From Macrostomum lignano (Eukaryota), in NCBI GenBank assembly GCA_002269645.1, contig NIVC01000554.1, positions 165,491 through 229,490 of the forward strand: a DNA stretch of 64,000 nt. Direction: 5' to 3'. Below are positions 50,659 to 64,000 of the stretch, one piece after another. The notes beneath the pieces were generated by a model, which was not told the origin of the DNA, made no database searches, and saw only the letters and a program-made list of their open reading frames with translations. The translations under genes were made by a program, and so were the position numbers. Position 1 is the stretch's first letter. Every line of letters starts with the position of its first letter.

Positions 50659-53600
50659 CTTTTAGAAAAGCGATTTAAGAAAAGTAAGGCAACTTACCTG
50701 AGCCGATGTGAGTGGACCTCCCGCCGAGACCAGAAAGTTCAACCCTAGGGGACTCCTTTTAAGTGCAGCTCAGAGGGCAGCAGATAACGGTTTTCATATC
50801 CTTGGCTGGATTCATGGGGCTGAGCTGCGGTATAGGCGAGCAGAAGGTGATGGATCCGAAGTGAGTGGGCAATCGAAGGGGGGTCGATTATATTCCAGGA
50901 GAGCGAAGTTCCCCAGCCCGCACTGAAAAAACAGTCAGGCAGCCACGCCTCTGGCACCCTCCATATAGGCCACTCGTCGTGTCCATTATCGCATCGGTTG
51001 GCCCGGCCCTCCAGCCCTGCTACTGGCTCGCCCCGCTCCTTGGGCTAAGCTTGAGTGTGTGTGAGGATTTTCCCGTTTTTTTGCAGACGCCACAGCCAAT
51101 GAGAGGACGAGTGGCAGGGCCTAGCAATGCATTAGCTAAGCTGTGTCTGGTCTGGCGGTGAAACAACTTAACAAAATCCGGCTTCCTTTTCACGCATCAT
51201 GGTGACCTTCTACTTCTGTTTGTATTAATATTGTGGGGGTTAATTACATGTAACTAATAGTTTGAAGGTTGATTAACGTGATTTTAGGTAAATAAACGTT
51301 ACTTCACGCAACGTCATAATGATGGAGGGTTTACGTTAATTTACGAGTTTTTCAACCGAAATGCAAACCTACAAAATCAAGTACATGCGGTTAATTAACG
51401 TAAATTAACTTTCTAGAAAATTTAACTGTGCTAAATTAACCACTCAATTGTTAATTTTCGTTCATTTACATAGAGATTAACCATCATTATCAACGGAATG
51501 CTAACCATGTTAACTGCCACCTTAATGAATTTTCAGTTAGCTGCTGTGACATTGTCGCGCAATGTTCTGATGTCATCTGGACATCGCAGGCAAGTAGATC
51601 CTTTTTACATTAGACTGACGAATTAACGACGCTCTACGTCATTCAAGGGTGCCAAGGATCACCTCTAAGATTGAATAGCTCGTAATGCTAGACAGATATG
51701 CATTCAGGTATTGCAGAATCTTGCCTCTCTTTACAGGGAAACCGTCCTCCAGATCAACTACCGGCATTGCGCACCGCGCTATGGGATCTGGGCTAGAATT
51801 GGGATAAATATTACAAGAGTGAATATCGAGGCAGATCGAGGCGCGCAGTAGTGGATTGGGTGGAGGTTTTTCAATGCAAACACAGACGCAGAACTTATCC
51901 CGCCTTATCTGCCAGTCTGTCCCAGGCCAGAGAGGATTATCCTGTCAAGTGCGCAGGCGCTGGAAGTGGCAAAATAAGCTGCTTGGAGGTGAAAACTTGA
52001 CAGTTGCGCAGGCGGATGGACCGGTGCGGAGTCCCGCGGTCCTCCACGGCGTCTGCCCTCAGTCCCCCCAGAGCTCCCAGAAGTCTTTTCTAGGAGTTCG
52101 TGGCCCTAAATTTGACCCACCAACCCCATTTGCCATTAGGGAGAAGCTAGTTGGGAGTTTTGCAAATTGAGTCTGACGTTTCGCCCTAGCAACTGAATTT
52201 TTTTATAAGCTTTTCTATGCGCTACAAAATCCTCTCACCCTACATACAGATTTCAAAATGGATAGAAGGGATAGAAATATGGGTGAGAAATTTTCATCTC
52301 GCACATTTTCAACGCGAAAGGAACCCCCTCTCGAGCCACGGATTTGTGTCAATTTAGCGACCTGAAAACTGCATCAGAGACTGTAGTGGCCCAGAACTTA
52401 GAGAGCTCATCTCGGGTTTTCAATTATCCCCAGGATTATATTGTCACCTGAGATGAACTCGTAAAACTCTGTTCCCATTTCTGAAGTTCATCAACCCAAA
52501 GCTTGAAGAATCAGTGGCGCAATTAACACCTGCTGTTATTGTTTATAAAGCAGTAAGAAAATACAGGAACAAAACTTGCCAGTTGGTGACCCAACTTAGG
52601 CCCACAGATCTTACCTTCAAAAGCCCATTGTTAGCGAGAAACCACGAGTGTCTTAGGGGGGGGGGCTTGAGTTGAGTTGAGTCCCTTCCTGACTGATCGC
52701 TTCGGGGCAAAGCCTCAGTCAAAAGTGTTTGAACGGCTATGGAGAGAAAGAATGAAATTCCACCACAAGTCGAAGAAGCCCCTATAGAACAGCTTTGCTC
52801 TGCAGAGACAAAGCGCGCTGGAGTGCTGGACCAACCTGTAGGCTAGTTCTCTGGCCACTCAAAAACACCTAGGAGTGTAACTACTCATTGCCACCTGCCC
52901 TGAGGGTGGGGTGCTTAGGAGGCAAAGGTAGGCCACTAAATATGCCACGAGAGAGTTGAGCTTGCTGCAGGCAGCCATCTGTATCACCCAATATGATCTT
53001 CTGTAGTTCTTCTGCCTCCGAGGTATTTGTTTGTTTATCTTCTGGGGGCTTTTTGCCACTGACTATATTAAAGCGGCAGTCGATATGCAGCCAGCGAAGA
53101 GGCAGTCATGTACATTCTACTGACCCCTAAGAACCTCACGGATACGTACAACAGGCTCACACAGGGTGGACTGCGACCTGGACTTCCTCATCACATTCAG
53201 TGTCTTCGTGTCTAACCCTCGCATGTGAGAATTACCAGCTGGAACTAGCGATTCTACAGAACTTCTACAGAAATTTTTGTTGCACACCTTCTCAAACAAG
53301 AATCAAGTTACAAGCCCTTAAGACTGTCGAGATACACATCGACTCTGCCAGAAGGTCGGATTTTTCCCATAAGCGTCATGCCAATGTATTCAGTGCACTC
53401 CTGTGCGCCAATCAGCACTGCGCCTCACTGCAGCCTTGCCAAGGCTCCAAATTTCATCAACACTTCGATCACATGTGTCTGCATCAGCGCTCACAGCGTT
53501 GGTTCACTGGCCTTCACCCTGGTGGAGCTTCTGGACCTTCAGCAGGTGGCACCAGGTGGCTATGGACATCCCATGGACAACAGTGGGCGAACCTCAAATG

Positions 53601-54544
53601 CTGAACATCCCCAGCTTGTCTCTCAAGCATTCGGTCGCCGTTCAGACGCCGTCGGCTTCTTCTACGGTTGACACCAGGCGACTATGGACACCAGATCGAA
53701 CTATTTCATCATACCTTTAACAATTCTGAACTGTTAAAAAATATTTAGAGCAGCAAAAATGGTTAGATATTCCTACTGTTAATGCGGCCATGCGTACCTT
53801 GGCACGAGTGTCAGACCGTTGAACTGCAGTTTCTCTGATTTTGAAGAATTGGCGCAACCGATTCTATTGGAACTGACGACTTGATGAATTGCGGGTGCAG
53901 GAGAAAATAGTAGTAGAGAGAAGGTGCTGAAGAGCTGCTAGAAGTGGGAGCAGCTGATGAGGTCAGAGGGTATACAGTGGAGCCAAGATGTTAGTTGTGA
54001 AAGCAAAGAAAGCAGGAACTGCAGAGGCGGCGGAGACACACAGAGAGAGAGAGAGGTGGGGAGAGTTTGGCCAGGTTAATACTAAAATGCAGTTCAGTGA
54101 CCCAGAAAAAAATTATGCTCACACAACTCAGTTCACTCGGCAATCTTTGCCTGATTGATATGTGTCGGAAGCTATCGTGCAGCAGAGCTCAATCGGATGC
54201 TGAGGTGAAAGGTGCTATTCAATAAGAACTGCATCGCAATGGGAGCTAGTTGAATTAAAGCAGCATACAGAACTACGGATTAAATATAGCATACAATGTG
54301 CAGGTTGAAAAAGCAGTGAAAAACTGCTGGAGACTGACATGCCTTGACATGTCACAAAATACTGCTGGTGACGCAATACAAATGTTCCTGCTGTCAAGGC
54401 TAGCAGACCCAATATATCAATTATTTATTTGCCAAATTGTTTCATGAGCATTTTGACTGAAATACAGAGTAGAGTTGCAAACTAGAAACTCTAAAACCTA
54501 TCATTATCCTCAGGTATGCCAATATTAATAATGTCATTCCAGGG

Positions 54545-54753
54545 TCTTTTAGCTCCAGGGGCTTTAGCACCAGGGGCTTTAGCACCAGGGACTTTAGCAC
54601 CAGGGGCTTTAGCACCAGGGACTTTAGCACCAAAGGCTTTAGCAACAGGGGCTTTAGCACCAGGGACTTTAGCACCAGGGGCTTTAGCACCAGGGACTTT
54701 AGCACCAGGGGCTTTAGCACCAGGGACTTAAGCATCAGGGGCTTTAGCACCAG
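54545..54753. repeat. 15-bp GGGGCTTTAGCACCA array, copy 3
   Basis: About 13 units. Confidence 0.9.
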
Positions 54754-55678
54754 AGGCGCCATCTGGTCTCCTTGCATCGTAAAGCTGGAGGCTATATTTT
54801 TGCCTTTTTTTCAAATTGATTCAATCATTTATTTAATCAAAGCGCTTCTGTTGCAACAATAGATACGCTTAAATTAGATTTTTTCGTTCTACGTTGCCAT
54901 CCATCTTTATAGAAGCGGCAGTTTAAGATAGCTACTGAGAACAAAAGACCAGCTCTGATGCCTTATCCAAGGAGCTTCAGCTCTATCGAGTCAATAGGAG
55001 AGCTAAGAACCGGCGTTACGCAACAAAGATGAAGCGATTCAAGTGACAATATGAGGCAGGCATTATTACCCGAATTGAAACCTCAGGCTAAATTTGATCA
55101 GTGTTCGTGAGCACAGGGCTATGAGGTGTGTAGCCGGAGACCCGCATCCCACATGCTCTGCACAGCCACGTGAAACCCTGCACTCCCTCCATGGCAGCTC
55201 AGATCAGACACTACGCATCCTGCCGAGACTCCGGAGAATCCGTGATTTCAGATCCCGTCTGATAATAAAAGCTGCATGCCCGGATCCGTGAAGCCAATTT
55301 GCGTCTTGAGACCTGAGCAAGGAGATCTTTGAGCAGAGGATCTGGAGTGGCGAACCCAACTCTTCCCTACAATGCACCGATTTAACGCCAAGCACTAACT
55401 ATATTAGCTTTGACAAATAAAAAGTGGATAATTTAAGTACGAGTATTCTACAAGTAATACAAATCTGAGTAGTAATATTAATAATATCTGCATGAGCGTT
55501 GTCACGACATCTTCACTAAACCCAGCGCTGAGGCAAATCTTTCCCATTTCGCTGATTCCTGAACACCTACAAGTGCACCAATACAGGGTGTACAGCGGCC
55601 CTGACTTTCTGATCACCAGGCATGTACACTCTCTCTGTGCCTCGGTGGTGGACAATCACGACAACCAATTTTGAGCAC

Positions 55679-55800
55679 AAAAACACCAAATTTGGAATCG
55701 AACAAGGGACCTTCACGGGCGTGGATCTCGCAAGGAGTCGAACCTGACAACTCCTCGGGTTCTGCTCCAGATGCTGAGTTAACGATCGCTTTGGGTGACT
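55679..55800 (-). ncRNA. Pol III-type unit (tRNA-like, A box + two B boxes + T5). Could be an ncRNA, tRNA pseudogene or SINE head
   Basis: TAACTCAGCATCTGG (A-like), GGTTCGACTCC (55744-55734), GTTCGATTCC (55703-55694), then TTTTT (55683-55679). No normal anticodon arm. Confidence 0.45.
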
Positions 55801-56554
55801 GTGGGGAGGTTGGGGGGGGGGGCAACGGAGACCCCCCACTGCTCGGTTCCCCTTTTTAATCGAGGTCTAGTTGGGGTTGGCTACAAAAGACTTGGGCATG
55901 AAGGAAGGCAACAATAATAAAGGGAAGACGACACTCGTCTGGCCCGGAGCTACCTGAGCTGCCCCGGGCTCCCATGCGTGCCATAAAACGGCTGCCTCAT
56001 GTTTCTCTTTCCCTCATCTCCTTTCTCGCAGCAATCGGCCCCGATCGCCTCGCGTGAGCAGCCGCGATTCCTTTTATGCGCGTCTTACCTATTGTGTTAC
56101 GTAATCGATTAACAATATAACTGTTTCCTAGTCACAGCGGCCAAAATGTGTCGTATTTATATATATGGTTGAAAAGGTAACTGATCGTGCAGTGCTGCAT
56201 GAGCTTTGAGATCGGACTCAGGCCGACTGACAAGCGGCAGAGTTGAGACTCGGAAAGTTGAGCAACGGGGGAAACCGAGCAGACAAAAGAGACCGTTTAG
56301 GAAACCTCAAAGCTTCTTGGCTGCGGCCCTTTGATTTCCACTCCCTCTCTCTCCATCAATCTGGAGATTGTCAAAGCAATTTGCAAAGCAATTTTCTACT
56401 CTATTAGAACTTCACGGGAAACTTATTTGGGCTGAAGAGCAAAGTGGACGCTATTATTTTCTGGAGGAAAAGCTGTGCCTCCAATTTTGGTAAAAAAATT
56501 TGACGAAATTCAATAATTTGGTAACTAAATATATGATCTCAACCTGCGTTAGCG

Positions 56555-57245
56555 TACCTGTCTGCGTGTCTGCCTATGTGTCTACAGCGTACCTGTCTGT
56601 GTGTCCGTCTATGTGTCTGCAGCGTACCTTTCTGTGTGTCTGTCTATGTGTCTGCAGCGTACCTGTCTGTGTGCCTATGTGTCTGTGTACCTGTCTGCCT
56701 ATGTGTCTGTGTACCTGTCTGTCTATGTGTCTGTTTACCTGTCTGCCTATGTGTCTGTGTACCTGTCTGCCTATGTGTCTGTGTACCTGTCTGCCTATGT
56801 GTCTGTGTACCTGTCTGCCTATGTGTCTGTGTATGTCTGCCTATGTGTCTGTGTACCTGTCTGTCTATGTGTCTGTGCACCTGTCTGCCTATGTGTCTGT
56901 GTACCTGTCTGTCTATGTGTCTGTGTACCTGTCTGCCTATGTGTCTGTGTATGTCTGCCTATGTGTCTGTGTACCTGTCTGTCTATGTGTCTGTGTACCT
57001 GTCTGTCTATGTGTCTGTTTACCTGTCTGTCTATGTGTCTGTGTACCTGTCTGTCTATGTGTCTGTTTACCTGTCTGTCTATGTGTCTGTTTACCTGTCT
57101 GCCTATGTGTTTGTGTACTTGTCTGCCTATGTGTCTGTGTACCTGTCTGTCTATGTGTCTGTGTACCTGTCTGCCTATGTGTTTGTGTACTTGTCTGCCT
57201 ATGTGTCTGTGTACCTGTTTGTATGTCTGCCTATGTGTCTGTGTA
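56555..57245. repeat. 24-bp TG-rich minisatellite ATGTGTCTGTGTACCTGTCTG(C/T)CT
   Basis: Direct reading. Confidence 0.9.
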
Positions 57246-58304
57246 ATTGTCCCTATACCTGTCCATGTTTCTGTATACCCGTCTGTATAACGGTCTGTGT
57301 ACATGTCTATGTACATCAGTCCATGTCTCTGTGTACCTTTGTACCTTGCGCATCTGTTTGTGTACCTGTCCTATGCACCCAGCACTTATCCGAGAATTCT
57401 GCTGCTTGCATCCACTAGCTACAACTGCAATGCAAAATGAGTAACAACCTGCAAGCATTGTTAGAAAGTGAAAACCCATGCGTTAAAAAAATTACCAGTT
57501 TCACTTCGTGGTTAACTGACTCACCATCAATTCTGCTTTATGCAACGATTTCAAACGCTCGCAATGCAGCTTTGTTATATTTAAAACAAACTTTTTCTGC
57601 ACTAACTTTTACAAGCCCTCAAACTGGTTAGGAGCGGGAACAGTTGAATGAGCGACTGACACACAGAGAAGACACTAAACATTCCATTCCAATATCTACC
57701 ACTGCACACTTTTCAATCGTGAATGCCCCACAGTCCTCCCAGCATCCGCCATTGACTGACAGATGTCGCTTAATCCCGCATCCTGGTGTGCCGTTTATAA
57801 TTAGTGTGAACAGCAACAATGGCCTGTACACCTGTAAACAGTCCCAACCATGCTGTATTCCACTGCTATCGATGCCCGAACGGAGAAGCCTAAGCAAAGG
57901 AGATCCACGGGCAATGTCTCTCCAAAAAATCATTTTTTCATTCCATATACGAACGGACTACGGATTACATTTGCGATGTAGCTTGTCAGTTACCTGTAGC
58001 TATTTCATTGACTTGACAGTTGGTCAAGCCCTCAAACGCCCCCCCCAGCGGACGCCACTGTTGGCCTCAAATTAAGTTAAATTTCAACTGAATAAGCTTC
58101 GAGCACGAGATGTCTTAATAATGTCTGCAACCGATTCGAAGTGATATTTTAATAATTCGTTCAATCACTACAATTTGAGTGTGGGATCAAAATTTCTGTT
58201 GAATCCAGCTCAATATAAGTCAATATTCGTGTACTATGTTGAGGGCTTGGGGTAAGCTCTTGGTCTGGCCGCCTCCAAGACACAGAGAGAAGCTTTACAC
58301 ACTG

Positions 58305-58339
<35 letters not shown>

Positions 58340-58634
58340 GAAAAAATCGAACCCAGTTCCTGGAATAGAGACTGAAAGCTGCTTGAGAGTTGTAAAACTG
58401 CGGGACAAAGCGCGCGCTTGTATACGGTAATGCCGTTGAATTATTTAAGCGCAAACTGGGAACGAAATTGAAACCAGAAAATATTTGCAATGAACTGTAT
58501 ACTCCTAGCTTAAACTCTGAAAAGGTGGGAATATATAGATATGAAAATAAATACTTAACCTATTATTTTCGGTTCCGGTGTTTGATATCAGGTGTCAGTA
58601 GTTAAGCTTTCTTATCTCTATCGCATTAACCTAA

Positions 58635-59392
58635 TTTCCCTCTCTACTCCCACTCCCCCTTTACTCTCACCCCACTTTTATACTCTCACTCCCCTCTCTA
58701 CTCTCACTCCCCCTCTCTTCTCTCACTCCCCCATTACTCTCACCCCACTTCTCTACTCTCACCCCCCTCTCTACTCTCACTCCCCCTCTCTACTCTCACT
58801 CCTCCTCTCTACTCTCACTCCCCCTCTCTACTCTCACTCCCCTCTCTACTCTCACTCCCCTCTCTACTCTCACTCCCCCTCTCTACTCTCACTCCCCTCT
58901 CTACTCTCACTCCCCCTCTCTACTCTCACTCCCCCTCTCTACTCTCACTCCCCCTCTCTACTCTCACTCCCCTCTCTACTCTCACTCCCCTCTCTACTCT
59001 CACTCCCCTCTCTACTCTCACTCCCTTCTCTACTCTCACTCCCTTCTCTACTCTCACTCCCTTTTCTACTCTCACTCCCCTCTCTACTCTCACTTCCTTC
59101 TCTACTCTCATTCCCCTCTCTACTCTCACTCTCTTCTCTACTCTCACTCCCCCTCTCTACCCTCACTCCCCTCTCTACTCTCACTTCCTTCTCTACTCTC
59201 ATTCCCCTCTCTACTCTCACTCCCCTCTCTACTCTCACTCCCTCTCTACTCTCACTCCCCTCTCTACTCTCACTCCCTTCTCTACTCTCACTCCTTTCTC
59301 TACTCTCATTCCCCTCTCTACTCTCACTCCCTTCTCTACTCTCACTCCCACTCTCTACTCTCACTCCCTCTCTACTGTCACCCCCCTCTCTG
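58635..59392. repeat. 18-19-bp CT-rich minisatellite CTCTACTCTCACTCCCCT
   Basis: Direct reading. Confidence 0.9.
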
Positions 59393-59813
59393 AGTCATGT
59401 ATTTTCCGTTAATTCTAACATTCATTTTCTGCTCTGCGCTTCTCTGTTCTTCATCCTCTATGCTGCTGTAAAATATAATTGTTTTTCAACCGAAATAAAT
59501 TATTTCTCCATTAAACAGCCTGCAGAAGCAGAGTCTGAAAAGCAGCAACATCCAGCAACAAGTTTGACAGGCAAGCGCCATTGGGAGTCCGAAAGCTGTG
59601 CCAGCCCGAAGCAGTTTTAATAAGGCGGGTGCTTTCGCTTTCAGAAACCTGCAGCTCTTTTGGCGGTCTTTTTGCATTTTGAATTCTTTTTATTGCTCTA
59701 AAGAGCGAATACGCGTACTGCGGAGGTTGGTAGGGCGCCGATGATGAGGCGCAGGCTGCGTTTCTACCGAATATTCCCACGGAATTAGCGATTTTCCTGA
59801 TTCCCATGGTATG

Positions 59814-60032
<219 letters not shown>

Positions 60033-61504
60033 GGATGAAGAAATGGCAATACTCGAAAATATCGTCATAAAGCTTGGCAATCTGAAGCGTACAGTACAGT
60101 TTGTGGGCATAAAGCGCCATGGTTACAGCCATTGCAAAGCAATTCCAAATGCAACAGTTTTGCCATTTCTGTTTACCTGCAATTTTGTCTGCTTACCTGC
60201 AAGAAAACCGAAGATCTGTTTATAGCAAAAATTTGATTGTAAAATAATACTTTTTTCGCGGAACCAAATAACCTTTCGGTTTTGGCTTGAAGTGCTCCAA
60301 CTCAGGAAGTCAGTATAGAGCAGGAAATGTTTCATAAATTTCTCTGTAATATACGCTAAATCCTATCGAGCATAAATAATCCTTCGCCGCATATTTTAAA
60401 TCCATGCCCTTGGGCCATTGATACAACAATACATATTTATGAACGCATATTTTTATTCTCCGATAAGGCGCAACAGCTTGCGCAGTCTCTTACGCGACGC
60501 CTCAAGCCCATGGTTTTCCTGTCCCGCTATTTGGCACCGGGACTGAGAGCACGAGTTGCCAGCCGTAGCCGCGGCATCCCTTTCGCCTCTAGGAGCTCCT
60601 TTCTCCTTCGCTGAGCTCTGTAGGATTTCTTTTTCCTAACCAGAAGAAGATTGGCGGGGCGAAGCGCATGGCGTTCTGGACACAAAACCTGGAGTGGAAA
60701 CTAACTTGGCTGATGTTTTTACGCTTTCACACCAGCCTTTCACCGCTTTCACGCTTAGAAGCCACGCAATAAATACAAAACTTCACAAAGTCAAAGGATA
60801 TCATACCGCGATTTACGCTTACCGTCGGTTTGTTTCATCCGATTCCAATCCGTCTATCTAGAAGTCCATGACTGGCCTGAGGGTCCCCAGCTGCTGGCCG
60901 CTTCCTCAATTGAGCCGATCGGGTCAAATTGTCTACGTTTACGTAGCATAGGTAAAAATGCATTATTTTTTCGGGTTGAATTGCCCCACCCCCTCCGCCC
61001 GTAGCCCCGGAGGAGTGCTGCGGCTTTCGCGGAGAGATTTTCCTATGTTTTCGCGACTTCTTGTAGAGACACGCCCCGTGAAAATGTGTGTGCCTTCAGC
61101 AACCCGCAGCACCCACACACACACACACACACACACGCAGGTATGCCGAAATCAAAGTGGAGCCATTGGGCCATGCAGTCTGCCGGAGCATTAATAACGG
61201 GTCAGCGAATCCCCTCCCCTGTGTCTGGAGCCACTTCTATCAGCTCGCGGTGTTGTACTCGTATGCGCCCCAACCCTCCTTAGATTGCCATCTGGAGAGA
61301 TAAGACCCCCCGACTGCCCAGCTGCGATCTCCTCCCAGCATCGTCATCAAGCTTTCCCTCCGGTGGCTGTTTGCAGTTTACCAGACGCGACCCAGTCACC
61401 AGGATGACTTGGCGCTATTTTGTGTTTTGGCGTTTTTTCAGATTTTATGCTCGATTTTCGATTACATTTGGGCCGTTGTCGTTGCCGCTAGTAATGGTTT
61501 TTTC

Positions 61505-61583
<79 letters not shown>

Positions 61584-61584
61584 C

Positions 61585-61630
<46 letters not shown>

Positions 61631-61631
61631 T

Positions 61632-61664
<33 letters not shown>

Positions 61665-61860
61665 CAGTCAGTCAGTCAGTCAGTGCAGTCAGTCAGTCAG
61701 TCAGTCAGTCAGTCAGTCAGTCAGTCAGTCAGTCAGTCAGTCAGTCAGTCAGTCAGTCAGTCAGTCAGTCAGTCAGTCAGTCAGTCAGTCAGTCAGTCAG
61801 TCAGTCAGTCAGTCAGTCAGTTAGTCAGTCAGTCAGTCAGTCAGTCAGTCAGTCAGTCAG
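61505..61860. repeat. Compound microsatellite (GTAA)n followed by (GTCA)n
   Basis: Direct reading. Confidence 0.95.
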
Positions 61861-62943
61861 CCGATAATGAGATCGTGAACCTAAGCTATTAAAGACACCT
61901 ATGAAGAATGTGACAAGCACCAGAACACTACCGGTATTTGGGCAAATTCAAGGTCTGTATCTTCTAAGTCTGTTTCGCAATACCTCAAAGCAAATTGTCC
62001 ATGCCTCCTAGTCCCCATTCATGCCAGCAATATCTATCTTGTTCTTTGCTCCGGGCAATAATTCAGCCGCAGACCCCGGTTCCGAAATCTAAAAGATGAT
62101 CATCACGAAAGGCGAAAGTGTCCCGGATGAGTTCGCGCATGGCTGGCGGCAGATTCTGCTCAATTTGCTGCTGCTCTAGCATGACTGTATCGCTAGTCAA
62201 GGTCGAGCTAATTCCAACTATATGACCGGGCGATGACTTTGGGGTCTTTGATGTTGCGTAACTCGGCTAGGCTGCGGGTTTAAATTCGGACAGGCGACTC
62301 TAAGGCCCGATGCACAGTCTGCTAATCTACTGCGTGACTGCATGATGCCGATGGATTAGCAGGCTGCTGCAAGGCGGAGAAACAAAACTATTGCAGATTT
62401 TTATTCGGGTCATTCGACAGGAAAAATCGGCACTGGCTGCAGACCCACTGATGCTTGCTTTTAGCTCGAATGAGTGGCAGCACGCAAGACATTTCGCTGC
62501 CAGCAGTGTAACCAATGCGATTTCGTAATATTGTCGTCTGGTCTTGTTTCGATAGTTTTAAGGAATAGTAAATTTAACAATACAGTAATTTCAGCTAGCA
62601 ACAACAGCAACGCAACCACATCAGAATACGCTGTCACTAAGAACAGCGTCACAGGGCGCGTTTCAATCAGCGATCCGCAGGCCTTAATCCGCAGCAGCAG
62701 CTCCTCTCCTGCACCGACTTTGGGCAGAAACTGCATCTCCGTGGACGCGGATGATGCAGCCTGCAGATGGAGTCACAGTCACTGCAGCGCCACAAGTCGC
62801 TTTGACGGACCAGGACCGCACGGCGATACAGTGGAAGCTCGAAGCGATCTTGTCAACCTGCTAGTCGAGGGAGTCCACTAGAGCTTGGAACAGTGCCGCC
62901 CTCTGGTTTTGAGGCATAGAGCCGTCAACTGCAGGACTCCCCA

Positions 62944-63130
62944 GGGGGTTGCTTTCACAAGGTCGAAACTTCATAAGCTCGAAATTTCACAACGTCGAAA
63001 ACTTAATATAACAAGAACAATGCAGTAGTTTTCTACGTTGTGAAATTCCGACCTTGTGAAGTTTCGACCTTGTGAAAGAAGGTGCTTTCGACGTTGTGAA
63101 ATTTCGAGTTTGTGAAACCTCCTCCCTCCC
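62944..63130. mobile_element. Small foldback MITE built from 16-bp TTTCACAAGGTCGAAA units
   Basis: Left-half units are inverted in the right half; GGG...CCC termini flanked by CAG on both sides (possible 3-bp TSD, PIF/Harbinger-like). Confidence 0.55.
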
Positions 63131-64000
63131 CAGGCTAGACCGAAGCGACGCTGCAGGTCCTTGGAAGCCGCAGACAAACTGCTGACATCACTGAAGTTCC
63201 AAAGCATTGACACAAAATGGCACTTTTAATTTCATCCGTAGACAAAAAAGCATTTCGAGAATGTTCAAGCTACTACTAAGAGGGTATATTTTGCCTTTTA
63301 CGAGTAAGAAAAATTAGCAATTTTAAGGAAATTTTTTTACTTTTGGTTGTAATTGTCTCAAAAAACTTCCTTCTTATTCTCGTTTTGAGAAGGGCAAACG
63401 GTCCACGAATTTAACATTCTTTGTCTACTCAGTCAAAAAGCCGAAAAATGTAATCAAGCAAGTGCAAAAGCAAATGGTTTTAAAAAGGGAAACTTATCAA
63501 CTGTTGACTAATACGAGCTTTTCCGTTTTTAGTTGCTCAAACCACAATCATTATTTTCTAAACTGGCCTCAATTCTTTGTCTCCACTCTCACTTTCATAC
63601 ATGTAGGCATAACTTAGAATTAATGGCATGCAATATCCTGGGTTGTAAATAAAGTTCAACGTACAAGTATTGGAAGTAACAGCCTCGAGACTCAAAATCA
63701 AAGAGCTGCCAAAGAATTCCAGGGTTTCGCTCTCGTTTTTGTCACCTTGACGCTCAACCTCTGGTTGCTACGGCACAATTTGGATGTCAGTTTTGATCAG
63801 ATCAATCAGGTATACACTAAGAAATGCAGTACAACAACAGACCGAAAGACAAATTTCTGCCAAGTCACCTGACAGGAAATAATAAATTGAAGGCAAAACA
63901 TATGGCTACTTCACAATTAGTTCGCAACAGCTGTCTACAGGAAACATCAACTGGCGGTCAGAATTTGAAAGAGAACTTCGTAGCCTGCAAAGCTGCGGAC

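Noticed and set aside
53117-53720. Cluster of 60-134-aa ORFs, possible retroelement remnant
   Set aside because: No RT, integrase or endonuclease motif identifiable by eye.
56500-59620. Long hydrophobic ORFs (248-342 aa); also 32295-32993 and 8335-8950
   Set aside because: Translations of TG-, CT- or GA-rich minisatellites.

Overview
This is a eukaryotic (animal) genomic window with GT-AG introns and GC-rich, Ala/Gln-rich exons separated by AT-rich or minisatellite-filled introns. By style it most resembles a free-living flatworm of the Macrostomum type; that assignment is an inference I could not test. The left 24 kb holds five consecutive minus-strand genes: an unidentified 3-exon gene, gankyrin/PSMD10, PHF10/BAF45a, TOM22 and exportin-4 (XPO4 runs off the window edge). 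Each start codon has a splice-acceptor-like AG upstream, and the three spacers between the last four genes shrink to about 0.5-0.6 kb once repeats are removed, so this looks like an SL-trans-spliced operon. On the plus strand are a 4-exon GT32 (SUR1/OCH1-like) glycosyltransferase, a stand-alone MATH-like ORF and TNFAIP8. A minus-strand 7-EC delta-type protocadherin follows, then about 21 kb with no recognisable protein gene. Mobile DNA includes a P-element deletion derivative (121-bp TIRs, 8-bp TSD, transposase C-terminus), a 37-bp P-like excision footprint, nested CCATA-terminated elements with 8-bp TSDs, a tRNA-headed CORE-SINE and foldback MITEs. There is also a Pol III-like unit with two B-boxes and more than 25 tandem repeat arrays. 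No CRISPR array, rRNA gene or intact tRNA gene was seen.
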